DNA of 64,000 nt from a virus (Duplodnaviria; Heunggongvirae; Uroviricota; Caudoviricetes). The stretch is from positions 38,641 through 102,640 of IMG/VR virus record IMGVR_UViG_3300024308_000004; one strand, given 5' to 3'. Shown one piece after another: positions 43,253 to 52,777 of this stretch. The position numbers and the translations under genes are program-made. Positions within the stretch are counted from its first letter, which is position 1. The number at the start of each line of letters is the position of its first letter. The notes under the pieces are model-generated. The model saw only the letters and a program-made list of their open reading frames with translations. It was not told the origin of the DNA and searched no databases.

Positions 43253-45106
43253 ATGACAGAGAAAGATTACACCCGCAAGCGCGCCCGGGATATGCGTGCA
43301 GGGATCAGCATTGATTACACCCGCGACAGCCTGTTGACCGATTTCGGCAAGGCTACCCTGGATCGTTCGTATCTGATGGCTGATGAAAAATACCAAGACG
43401 CCTTTGCGCGAGTTGCCGGTTACTACGGCGATGACGCTGCACACGCACAGCGGCTCTACGACCGCATTTCCAAGCATCACTTCATGCCAGCCACTCCAGT
43501 GTTGTCCAATGGTGGTACTACGCGTGGTATGCCGATCAGTTGCTTCCTGAACGACGTGCCGGATAGTATCGAAGGCATTCAGGATACTTGGAACGAGAAC
43601 GTGGCTCTTGCGCGTCATGGTGGTGGTATCGGTACTTATTGGGGCGATGTGCGTTCGATGGGCGAAATCGTCGGTGGCAACGGTAAGACCACTGGTGTCA
43701 TTCCGTTCATGAAGGTTCAGGATTCGATGACGCTGGCTATTTCGCAGGGTTCGCTGCGTCGTGGCTCAGCGGCCATGTATCTGCCCGTCTGGCACCCCGA
43801 AATCGAGGAATTCCTGGACATTCGTCGACCAACTGGTGGTGATCCGAACCGCAAGGCCCTGAATCTTCACCACGGTATTGCCGTCGATGACGCCTTCATG
43901 CAAGCCGTTGAACGCGGTTGTGATTACGACCTTAAATCCCCGAAGACTGGCATGACTATTCGTACCATTCCGGCACGTAATCTGTGGGCGAAGATCCTCC
44001 AGACGCGCATGGAACAGGGCGAACCGTACATCCTGTATATCGATACGGTCAATCGTGCCTTGCCAAGCCACCAGTCCATGTTGGGTTTGAAGGTCAAACA
44101 GTCCAATCTGTGCGTGGAGATTACACTCCCGACCGGTATTGATCCGTGGGGTAAGAAGCGCACGGCTGTTTGCTGTTTGTCCTCGCTGAACCTGGAACGC
44201 TGGGACGAATACGCGGACGACATTGAGCAGGTGGTTGAAGACGCACTGCGGTTCCTGGATAACGTGCTGGAAGATTTCATCCAGACGGCTCCGCCCGAGT
44301 TCGCCCTGGCTGTGTATTCGGCTATTCGTGAGCGCAGCGTGGGTCTGGGTGTGATGGGCTTCCATTCGTATCTGCAATCCAAGGGTGTCGCGTTTGAGTC
44401 CGAAGAAGCCGCAAGGATCAACAAAGATATCCATGTGCGAATCGCGCGAGCCGCCGAAGCTGCAAACTACAAGCTCGCAGTTGAACGTGGCGCGTGTCAG
44501 GATGCTGAACAGTTAGGTCACATGAAGCGCTTCTCCAACATGACGGCACATGCTCCGACTGCGAGCATTTCCATCATCGCTGGTACGACTTCGCCCATGA
44601 CTGAACCGGTGTTGACCAATTCGTTCTCGCAGAAGACCTTGTCTGGTACGTTCAATGTCCAGAACAAGTACCTGACGGCACTACTGGATGCAAAGGCTCA
44701 GAACACCAAGGCTGTGTGGTCAGATATTGTGGCTAATGGTGGTTCCGTACAACACTTGACCTTCCTGACGCCGGATGAAAAGGCTGTGTTCAAGACCGCG
44801 TTTGAGATTGACCAGTGGTGGGTTGTGCGTCACGCCGGCGACCGTCAGCCGTTCATCAATCAGTCCCAGTCGGTGAATCTGTTCCTGCGTCCCGATATCC
44901 ACAAGCGCGAATTACATAGCCTACACATGCAGGCTTGGAAAGCCGGAGTAAAATCTCTGTACTACTGCCGTTCGCAGGCTATCAAGCGTGCCGAGGCAGT
45001 TAACGTGAAAGTCGCCAACTACGAAGACAAGGCTCTGGAAGCAGCAGCCAAGATCGAGGAAGAAGATGACCAAGCAAAGTATGAGGTTTGTGCAGCGTGT
45101 CAGTAA
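43253..45106 (+). CDS. nrdA: Ribonucleotide reductase class I large subunit (NrdA-like, no ATP cone)
   Basis: RNR catalytic-core motifs (PISCFLNDV, NLCVEI region, HGGGIGTYWG) and a C-terminal redox-active Cys pair CAAC. Confidence 0.9.
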   Translation: MTEKDYTRKRARDMRAGISIDYTRDSLLTDFGKATLDRSYLMADEKYQDAFARVAGYYGDDAAHAQRLYDRISKHHFMPATPVLSNGGTTRGMPISCFLNDVPDSIEGIQDTWNENVALARHGGGIGTYWGDVRSMGEIVGGNGKTTGVIPFMKVQDSMTLAISQGSLRRGSAAMYLPVWHPEIEEFLDIRRPTGGDPNRKALNLHHGIAVDDAFMQAVERGCDYDLKSPKTGMTIRTIPARNLWAKILQTRMEQGEPYILYIDTVNRALPSHQSMLGLKVKQSNLCVEITLPTGIDPWGKKRTAVCCLSSLNLERWDEYADDIEQVVEDALRFLDNVLEDFIQTAPPEFALAVYSAIRERSVGLGVMGFHSYLQSKGVAFESEEAARINKDIHVRIARAAEAANYKLAVERGACQDAEQLGHMKRFSNMTAHAPTASISIIAGTTSPMTEPVLTNSFSQKTLSGTFNVQNKYLTALLDAKAQNTKAVWSDIVANGGSVQHLTFLTPDEKAVFKTAFEIDQWWVVRHAGDRQPFINQSQSVNLFLRPDIHKRELHSLHMQAWKAGVKSLYYCRSQAIKRAEAVNVKVANYEDKALEAAAKIEEEDDQAKYEVCAACQ

Positions 45107-45302
45107 GTGGATTGATGACCTGATCCATCCCAAGAAGGTATGCAAGAAGTGTGGCGTTGAAAAACGCTGCACTCTCTTCCAAGAAGCGCGCGGCTACGAT
45201 CATCGTGGCCGCTGTATCGCACGCATACCTAGCGGCATTTGCTTGGAATGCTGGCCTGAGGTTGCTAAGGCAACCATGAACATGATTTTAAAGAGGAGTT
45301 AA
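45081..45302 (+). CDS. Small zinc-finger protein
   Basis: CKKCG ... CIARIPSGICLEC Cys cluster. The start overlaps the nrdA 3' end, so the exact start is uncertain. Confidence 0.35.
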   Translation: MRFVQRVSKWIDDLIHPKKVCKKCGVEKRCTLFQEARGYDHRGRCIARIPSGICLECWPEVAKATMNMILKRS

Positions 45303-45303
45303 A

Positions 45304-46779
45304 ATGTCCCTGTTTGAAGAACGTATTGCCTTCAAGCCGTTCCAGTATCCCTGGGCATACGAGGCTTGGCTGACTCAGCAAAAGATGCACTGGCTGCCGG
45401 AAGAAGTTCCGATGGCTGACGACGTGCAGGACTGGAAGAACAAACTGTCGCCCAACGAGCGCAATCTGGTTACCCATATCTTCCGGTTGTTTACACAGTC
45501 CGACGTGGAAGTTTCCAAGTCGTATCATATGGTCTACATGCCGCGCATCAAACCCATCGAACTCCAGATGATGCTGGCTTCCTTCCAGAACATGGAAACT
45601 ATCCACGCTGCGGCTTACTCGCACTTGCTGGATACGCTGGGCCTGCCTGAAACCGAGTACAACAAGTTCCTGGAATACCAGGCCATGAAGGACAAGTGGG
45701 AAACCTGGCAGAACTACATGGACCCGCAGACGGATGAAGAACTCGCCCTGTCGATGGCAGCGTTTGGTGGCTTCACCGAAGGCGCACAGTTGTTTGCATC
45801 CTTTGCCATGCTGTTGAATTTCCCGCGTCACAACAAGCTCAAGGGCATGGGTCAAATTATCACTTGGTCGGTTCGTGACGAAACGCTCCATTGTGAATCG
45901 GTAATCAAGTTATTCCACGCGCTGTTGGCTGAAAAACCCCATCTGAATACCCCGCGCCTGCGTGAACTGATCGAAACCCACGCTCGGCAGGTTGTTGAGC
46001 AGGAAGACCGGTTCATTGACCTGGCGTTTGAAATGGGCGATCAGGAAGATTTGACCGCAGAGGATATGAAGCAATACATGCGGTTCATTGTTGATCGCCG
46101 TTTGATCCAGCTGGGTTACAAGGGCATCTTCAAGGTCAAGGAAAACCCCCTCGACTGGATGGATACCATGCTGAACACCGTGGAACACGTCAACTTCTTT
46201 GAACAGCGTGGCACTGAGTACGCCAAGGCTGCGACGCAGGGCGAATGGGGCGATGTGTGGGACATGGTTGACAGCGTTGGTAGCGACGAGTGGGTGGTTT
46301 ACAGCAAGGACGGTTGTGGGTTGTGCGTTGAAGCCAAGCGTATGTTGGCTGATCGCGGTATTCACCCGACGGTAGTAGACCTGACCGATGATGCAGAACG
46401 CGCGGCGTTCTACGAGCGCACACCGGGCATTGACTACATGCCGTTCGTAACCAAGAACGGTCGTCCGATCGGTGGTTGCAACGAGCTGGATGAATTCCTG
46501 GCCGGCAATGAAACTTACCTGGAACTCAAGCCTGTATCTGAATGGGTGGTTTACAGCAAGACAGGCTGTCCGGGTTGCGTTGTAGCCAAGCGCCAACTTA
46601 CACAGATGGGCTTTGAGTACGAGGAAGTGGTCTGCGATGAAGAAGACACCCGCAAGGACCTGTACGCCAAGACCGGACTACGCACGATGCCTATCGTGAT
46701 GCACCGTGGTCATGTGGTTGGTTCCAGCAACGACCTGCGGAACTACCTTAATGCTCACCGTGAAGAACTGACCAAGTAA
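45304..46779 (+). CDS. nrdB: Ribonucleotide reductase small subunit NrdB fused to two C-terminal glutaredoxin-like domains
   Basis: Ferritin-like R2 core (~320 aa) followed by two ~80-aa repeats, each with VVYSK-x-GC-x-x-C (CGLC and CPGC) and a C-terminal glutaredoxin fold signature. Confidence 0.85.
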   Translation: MSLFEERIAFKPFQYPWAYEAWLTQQKMHWLPEEVPMADDVQDWKNKLSPNERNLVTHIFRLFTQSDVEVSKSYHMVYMPRIKPIELQMMLASFQNMETIHAAAYSHLLDTLGLPETEYNKFLEYQAMKDKWETWQNYMDPQTDEELALSMAAFGGFTEGAQLFASFAMLLNFPRHNKLKGMGQIITWSVRDETLHCESVIKLFHALLAEKPHLNTPRLRELIETHARQVVEQEDRFIDLAFEMGDQEDLTAEDMKQYMRFIVDRRLIQLGYKGIFKVKENPLDWMDTMLNTVEHVNFFEQRGTEYAKAATQGEWGDVWDMVDSVGSDEWVVYSKDGCGLCVEAKRMLADRGIHPTVVDLTDDAERAAFYERTPGIDYMPFVTKNGRPIGGCNELDEFLAGNETYLELKPVSEWVVYSKTGCPGCVVAKRQLTQMGFEYEEVVCDEEDTRKDLYAKTGLRTMPIVMHRGHVVGSSNDLRNYLNAHREELTK

Positions 46780-46913
46780 CCCCTCGGTATAATGAAAGAG
46801 TCGCTGACAACGGCGACTCTTTCTTTTGGAGGGTACATGAACGAAATGCCTTATGATCCCGAGAACCACTACGATGATGGTGAGTTCCCCGAAGAACCTT
46901 AATGGAGAAACAA

Positions 46914-47543
46914 ATGACACAAGCAAATTACCAAATCCAGCTGGATGCACAAACCGCGATGATTACTGGCTTGCAGGCGCAAGTGGCAGTCCTGGCTGAC
47001 CAGCATCAGGTGCAGTCGAGCACCATCAAGGTGGTTGTGACCGACGAACGCGTGGGTGAAAATCTGCCAGAAGTGCAGACCGTTGATTCTGCTGGTTTTG
47101 ACCTACGTGCGTATCCGCGTGGCAGGCGCCACTGGGTTGACATTGATGCGGCAAATCAGATTGTCAAGAAGGGTTTTGAGGATGATATGCCGCTCGATTC
47201 GATCGTCTTGGGCCCGGGCGAACAAGCGATAGTATCGACCGGTCTGCGTGTATGGATTGACAAGCCGGGTTACGCTGGCTTTATGTTCGCTCGCAGTGGC
47301 ATGGGCGTGAAGGGTTTGGTGCTGGGCAACGGCACGGGCGTGATTGATTCGGACTATCAGGGCGACCTGAAAATGTGTCTGTGGAATCGTAGTGATGAAG
47401 CCATCACCATCAACGCTGGTGATCGCGTTGCACAGTTGGTCATCATGCCGGTCTTGACTGGCTACAAGATGGAAGTGGTTGAGTCTTTTGAAACCGAGAC
47501 TGAACGTGGCACTGGTGGTTTCGGTAGCACAGGAGTTCAGTAA
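46914..47543 (+). CDS. dut: dUTP pyrophosphatase (trimeric dUTPase) with N-terminal extension
   Basis: Motifs [22 protein letters not shown] and C-terminal [10 protein letters not shown]. The second ATG is preferred. Confidence 0.75.
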   Translation: MTQANYQIQLDAQTAMITGLQAQVAVLADQHQVQSSTIKVVVTDERVGENLPEVQTVDSAGFDLRAYPRGRRHWVDIDAANQIVKKGFEDDMPLDSIVLGPGEQAIVSTGLRVWIDKPGYAGFMFARSGMGVKGLVLGNGTGVIDSDYQGDLKMCLWNRSDEAITINAGDRVAQLVIMPVLTGYKMEVVESFETETERGTGGFGSTGVQ

Positions 47544-48391
47544 TGTCCAATAACGAAATGCAGTACGAGGGAGCCTTACGATATGTTTACGAAAACGGTG
47601 TTGAGTCTGGCGATCGGACTGGCGTTGGCACGCGGCGTGTATTCGGGCTTCAATACCGCTACGACCTTTCAAAAGCGTTCCCACTTATCACCTCCAAGCG
47701 CGTCCACTTCAAGTCGGTAATCGCTGAACTGGTCTGGATGCTGTCCGGCTCAACCAACGCCAAGGAGCTTAACGAACTGGGTGCGACCATCTGGGACGAG
47801 TGGGCGAACGAAGACGGCGAACTGGGTCCGATCTACGGCAAACAGTGGCGTGCGTGGAATCATACCACCGTGCAGCCCCTGGGTTATGGTAAGTGGATTC
47901 AAGAACAGCAAATCGACCAAATCAAGTGGGTCGTGGATGAAATTCGTCGCAACCCTGATTCACGTCGCCTGATCGTCAGCGCTTGGAACCCTGCTGACAT
48001 TCCGGATATGGCTCTGGCTCCGTGTCACACGTTGTTCCAGTTCGTCGTGATCGATGGCAAGCTGCATTGTCAGTTGTACCAGCGCAGTGCGGATATGTTC
48101 CTGGGTGTGCCGTTCAATCTGGCGTCTTATGCGTTGCTGACGCATATGGTCGCGGCGTGTACCGGTCTGGAAGTTGGTGACTTCGTGCATACCATTGGCG
48201 ATGCCCATATCTATTCCAATCACATGGACCAGGTCAAGGAACAACTGTCACGTCCCGTCAAGGACCTGCCACAGTTGCTGTTCACCAATCCGTACGAAGG
48301 TGTTGTTTATCCCTGGGAGTTCAAGGTCGAAGACTTTGAAGTCGATGGCTACAAACCCCATCCCGCGATTAAAGCTGATGTAGCCGTGTAA
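47543..48391 (+). CDS. thyA: Thymidylate synthase (ThyA)
   Basis: [22 protein letters not shown] (catalytic Cys) and [16 protein letters not shown] overlaps the dut stop (TAATG). Confidence 0.9.
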   Translation: MSNNEMQYEGALRYVYENGVESGDRTGVGTRRVFGLQYRYDLSKAFPLITSKRVHFKSVIAELVWMLSGSTNAKELNELGATIWDEWANEDGELGPIYGKQWRAWNHTTVQPLGYGKWIQEQQIDQIKWVVDEIRRNPDSRRLIVSAWNPADIPDMALAPCHTLFQFVVIDGKLHCQLYQRSADMFLGVPFNLASYALLTHMVAACTGLEVGDFVHTIGDAHIYSNHMDQVKEQLSRPVKDLPQLLFTNPYEGVVYPWEFKVEDFEVDGYKPHPAIKADVAV

Positions 48392-48436
48392 GTCCCGAAG
48401 TATATTGACTACACACAAGACACAGCAGGTATCTGA

Positions 48437-48667
48437 ATGAAGTTCGCACCCACAGTAGTTGGAACAATGTTACGCGCGGCGATTAGTCATCATGGCTACA
48501 CTGCAACCGAAATTGCTCGTCAGATTGGCATGTCCCAGTCTTTCATCAGCCGGGTACAAGGTGGTCGTGAAAAATTACCAGTGCATTACACGGACGACAT
48601 TCAGAACCTGCTGCCAGTCTTGGAAACGCTGGATTTCAGACAGAAGGTATTGGAGCAGTATTACTAA
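48437..48667 (+). CDS. Small helix-turn-helix protein
   Basis: TATEIARQIGMSQSFISRVQGG resembles an XRE-type HTH. Confidence 0.4.
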   Translation: MKFAPTVVGTMLRAAISHHGYTATEIARQIGMSQSFISRVQGGREKLPVHYTDDIQNLLPVLETLDFRQKVLEQYY

Positions 48668-48935
48668 TGGCAACACCCGTCAGACACGGGGCGACAAAGG
48701 AAGTCACCCGAAGAATTGCAAGGAGCAAATTTGCCACGGACGTAATGTTCAGGCTATGGGATGCTCACAATTCGTGTTGGGTGTCCATCAACTCTCGCAC
48801 GGTCTGGTCCAAGCGATCCAGTGTAGACAAAATCCGCACCGGATTGATCGCTAAAGGTCGTGATCCTAGTCACCTCACGGTTGAGCGCGTGATGGTGGAA
48901 GTCAAGTAAGCTCACCTATCAAACAAGGAAACCAA

Positions 48936-49349
48936 ATGTCAATCAATCTCCAACTGCAAGAACGCCACGCGCTGCTGCTGACTGTGGCTCTGGGCCTGCT
49001 GGTCATCGATTCCAACAAGCGCATCGAAACTGGCGAAAGCACCATGCTGCGTGGTATGTCGGTCACTCCGGCCGAAGCCATCACGCTGATCGGTCTGATC
49101 CGCAATGCGCTGTTGGATTCCAAGGGTGCCCCGACTGCTGATCCGGAAATCCTGACCAATCGTGAGAAATTCCTGCTGGGTGGTGCCCTGGGCGCCATGT
49201 TTAGCCAGATGGACGCGGTCGCTATCACCGATGCTGCCGCTGAAAAGGTCGGACAGATCAAGCTGGAACTGACCCGCGCTGCCGAAAAGCTGTCGCTGAT
49301 GGAAGGATTTGCTCCGGGCGCCGTCGATTTCCTCAAGGATCTGAACTAA
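48936..49349 (+). CDS. Hypothetical protein
   Basis: 137-aa ORF. Confidence 0.4.
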   Translation: MSINLQLQERHALLLTVALGLLVIDSNKRIETGESTMLRGMSVTPAEAITLIGLIRNALLDSKGAPTADPEILTNREKFLLGGALGAMFSQMDAVAITDAAAEKVGQIKLELTRAAEKLSLMEGFAPGAVDFLKDLN

Positions 49350-49351
49350 TC

Positions 49352-49981
49352 ATGGCCGGATTTGGTATCGCAGGCGCTCACCGTAGTGGCAAGACGACCC
49401 TGGCTCGCGCAGTAGCGCTGACCCGTGGCATTGAGTACCTCGATGCCAACGTATCCAAGGTCATCACTGACCTTGGGTATACCCCGAAGCAAGAGCTGCC
49501 GTTTGAGGAGCGCCTTAAGGTGCAGAATGCAATCCTCGAATCGTTGCGGTTCAAGTACGCGATGATGGGTGACAAGCCTTTCATCACGGACCGCACGCCC
49601 TTTGACGTGCTGGGCTATACTTTTTCGGAAGTGTCACGGACGACACTGACTCCGGAACTGACCAAGGCTTTCGCCGAACATGTTGCGTTGGCAGTGCGTA
49701 TCTGCTTGGAACATCTGGCCGGCGTGATGCTGATTCGTCCAATCCTGAACGCTCCCGAAGCTGAGACTTCGGCTCAGGCTTGTCCGATCTATATGCAGCA
49801 TGTGTACGTGTGCATCCGGGAAATGTGTGAAACGCTGGGTCAAGAAATGTTCGGTCGCACCCTGGTCGCCACGACGGACTCAATGGAATCTGAGGATCGC
49901 CAACGAGACTTGATCCAATTGATGAACACGGTTGATGACCTGAACAAACCGAGGACCGCAGTGTGGACGCCCAAACCCTGA
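49352..49981 (+). CDS. P-loop NTPase, probable nucleotide/nucleoside kinase
   Basis: Walker A GAHRSGKTTL, then DRTPFD (lid/Walker B-like). Confidence 0.5.
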   Translation: MAGFGIAGAHRSGKTTLARAVALTRGIEYLDANVSKVITDLGYTPKQELPFEERLKVQNAILESLRFKYAMMGDKPFITDRTPFDVLGYTFSEVSRTTLTPELTKAFAEHVALAVRICLEHLAGVMLIRPILNAPEAETSAQACPIYMQHVYVCIREMCETLGQEMFGRTLVATTDSMESEDRQRDLIQLMNTVDDLNKPRTAVWTPKP

Positions 49982-50386
49982 TCGATGAACTCAACCTCAA
50001 AGTCGCAACATCCGTAATTGGTATTTGCGACGACGAGCGGCGAGGTCTTATCACGAAGGCTCAGGCCGGTACAGCGATCAAGGCTGTATTCGATGCAGTC
50101 TCAGGCTTGGTGTCGCAAGACAACTTTGACCTGATTTCGGCTGCATCAGAGGAGTACAAGCGCGAAAAGGGCATGGAAGCCACGTTCGTTAAGAATGGTG
50201 ACGAAATCGTAGGAACCATTCGTATTTGCGGAGCAGGTGCCCTGTTGAGTTACCGGGGCGGCAAACCCATTCGACTCCCGCAAGATAATACTGAACGTGA
50301 AGTCGATGCAGAAGCCAAGCAAGAGCAGGCTGAATGGCATCGCAAAGTAGTGGCGCACTTGCAGAAGAAACAGGAGCAGGGAAAAT

Positions 50387-50945
50387 GGTAATTGTAGGAC
50401 TCGATACTGAAACAACCGGATTCTCTTTCACCGATAAGAAGGATCGAATCGTTGAAGCCTGCTTCGCCATCTACACGTATGACGGAAAAGTGCTTGAACA
50501 CAAGCGAACCATCACGCAGCGAATCAATCCTGAACGGTCGATTCCTGCTGACGCCCAGGCCGTACATGGGATCAGTCTTGATGATGTGAAAGGTTCGCCG
50601 AAGTGGGCAGAGTTCGCGGATACTGCCAAGAAAATTCTAGACCGCGCTGATATGGTTGTAATCCACAATGCCGCATTCGACGTTGACTTCTTGGTTAACG
50701 AGCAGCTTGCAGCAGGACAACCATTGACCGGATCGTTGGCTGACAAATCGTTCTGCACTATGGTGAACGGTCGATGGGCAACGTTTGACGGTAAGAGTCC
50801 GAGCCTGAAAGAGCTTTGCTGGTCCCTGGGGATTGAATACGATCCTTCCAAGGCTCACGCAGCGGAATACGACGTGCATGTGATGATGGCGTGTTACGAG
50901 AAGGCAGTCACGTTGGGACTATTCACAAATCCAACCAATCAATAA
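50387..50945 (+). CDS. DnaQ-like DEDDh 3'-5' exonuclease (candidate proofreading subunit for the DnaE polymerase)
   Basis: Exo I VGLDTETTG, Exo II IHNAAFDVDFL, Exo III HxxxxD region (HAAEYDVHV). Confidence 0.7.
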
Positions 50946-50957
50946 GAGGAAGAACAC

Positions 50958-51161
50958 ATGGCTAAGACTGTCAAGACCAAGAACCGCACCCTGGGCACCG
51001 TTGCCGGCTGGGGTATCGCCACCAATTTGAATGGTGGTCTGGAGCTGGTTGAAATCTCCAGCAACCGTCTGGATATCCGTGCCGTCAAGCGCAAGGATTA
51101 CCCGGGCAAGGACTACAAGGTGGTCAAGATCGACGCCAAGTTGACGCATTACCTCAAGTAA
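50958..51161 (+). CDS. Hypothetical small basic protein
   Basis: 67-aa ORF with a good RBS. Confidence 0.35.
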   Translation: MAKTVKTKNRTLGTVAGWGIATNLNGGLELVEISSNRLDIRAVKRKDYPGKDYKVVKIDAKLTHYLK

Positions 51162-51167
51162 TGCAAC

Positions 51168-51243
51168 GGAGACTAGTTCCTAGAAAGACTAGTCTCCCTA
51201 ACCCCGGCCTGCACGCGTGTATAGGTGCGGTTCGGGGTTAAAC
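51168..51243. repeat. Copy A of a ~60-nt conserved intergenic element (palindrome AGACTAGTCT plus CCCTAACCCCGGCCT ... GGGGTTAAAC), with an extra 10-bp-stem hairpin
   Basis: GGAGACTAGT-tcctagaaag-ACTAGTCTCC hairpin at 51168-51197, then shared sequence to 51243. Matches copy B at 63052-63109. Confidence 0.55.
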
Positions 51244-51266
51244 AAAACTTAGGATTCACCATCCAT

Positions 51267-51298
51267 AAAGCGGCTAGCTGAATAGCCGCTTTATTTTT
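51267..51298 (+). terminator. Rho-independent terminator
   Basis: AAAGCGGCTA-gctgaa-TAGCCGCTTT followed by ATTTTTGT. Confidence 0.6.
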
Positions 51299-51470
51299 GT
51301 GTAGACCAAATGAATCCCAAGTCAATGGGGAATTGAATTGTAAAGTCCCTGATACACATTCTTGGTGCCCATAACAAAGTGCTTGCATGGTTCGCTTGAA
51401 AGTCAATACTGCACATGTCGCGTAACTTCTTAATCCCCTCGCAGCGCGACACTTTCAACGGAGAACAAAC

Positions 51471-51686
51471 ATGCAAATCGCCCAGGCTCGAATCAAGGCT
51501 GAAAAGATCATCCATGACCACATCCAGATCAGCGACACCAAGCGCCCAGCTGCCGATGAAAAGGTCATGGTTCGCTTCCCGAAGCCGAACTCTCCGACCA
51601 TCATCATGGCTGCTTCGGAAGCCGAACTGCGCGAAAAGCTGGCAAAGCGCATCCAGGCTGCCGAACGTCGTAAGTCGGCGCACTAA
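51471..51686 (+). CDS. Hypothetical small protein
   Basis: 71-aa ORF followed by the palindromic terminator CCCCTATAGGG ... CCCTATAGGGG plus T tract (51700-51755). Confidence 0.4.
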   Translation: MQIAQARIKAEKIIHDHIQISDTKRPAADEKVMVRFPKPNSPTIIMAASEAELREKLAKRIQAAERRKSAH

Positions 51687-52068
51687 GTTCAACGGTCCCC
51701 TATAGGGTTGGGAGGTTTTCCCGGGGAGCCCTATAGGGGATTTTTCATATATAAGTACCAACACGTCTAGTATTAGGACTCGGCACCGTCCCGGTGCCTT
51801 CACAAAGCTGAATCAAATGGCGTGGCATGGTGTGGGTCGAACACAGGGTTTATCGGGTACCGATATAAATCGCTTGTGTGCCGTGTATGTACGTGTTACG
51901 CGTGCGCGCGTTCATTTATATGCGCTGAGTCCGTATGCACCACATACCCAATGTCGGCTGGAACATTGACGCATTTAACGCCACGTTCTATGCAATATCC
52001 CGGAACATGTGACTTGTAGCCGTTCGCAGCCAGCTACAATATAACGACACTCTCACGGATTTAACGAA

Positions 52069-52233
52069 ATGTCGGACTCTTGCTGCGGTGAACCTCTGCA
52101 CGTCCACGGGACTGATCCCAAGGCTCACAAGAAGCACCATTGGGCAGAGCGTTTCAAGTGCCTTGCATTCTGCACGGCAGCCCACGTGGTATATGAATTG
52201 GTCATGTACTTCGGCTTTAACCACCATCACTGA
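52069..52233 (+). CDS. Possible Cys/His-rich micro-protein (54 aa)
   Basis: MSDSCCGEPLHVHGTDPKAHKKHHWAERFKCLAFCTAAHVVYELVMYFGFNHHH, inside an otherwise ~480-nt noncoding stretch. Confidence 0.25.
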   Translation: MSDSCCGEPLHVHGTDPKAHKKHHWAERFKCLAFCTAAHVVYELVMYFGFNHHH

Positions 52234-52240
52234 GAACGCC

Positions 52241-52450
52241 ATGGAAACTGAGAACGCCGTCAAGGCAGTAGAAGAACTGGTCGCCAGTCTGAATGAACTG
52301 ACCAAGCAGCACAACGCCGTGATTCGTGCGGTTCAGCTTGGTGACGCCACGCAAGTTGGTGAAGCCATCGTGCGATACGTCGAGCGGTCCACGGCGATGC
52401 ACACCAAGACGACTGGCGCTGTGTTGGCTGTCCTGAAAGTGGCTGTCTAA
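52241..52450 (+). CDS. Hypothetical protein
   Basis: ATG at 52241 within ORF 52088-52450. Confidence 0.4.
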   Translation: METENAVKAVEELVASLNELTKQHNAVIRAVQLGDATQVGEAIVRYVERSTAMHTKTTGAVLAVLKVAV

Positions 52451-52777
52451 TCAAGGAGACCGGTATGTATCTTTGGAAAGGTTTGAAGTCGGTTTGCCGC
52501 GCTTGCTGCCACAAGGTATATACCGGTCGTTGGCCCAGCAAGGTGTGGTACTGATGATTCGGGTTGGCGACGCAATCCTGTGGGTGCTTGAGAAAGCGTT
52601 GGTCGCTATTGCCTTTGTGGCACTTGCGGGTTTTATCTGGGAAGCGTTCCATAAGAACGCATCGGATGCCGCACAAAAGTCCTTGCAGCCAAGTCCTGAC
52701 GCGCTACATTGTGATTGTCGCAGCGCTACACAGCGACCGCGAAACGAAATCATCCAATCATGCCCAGGAGGCACGCA

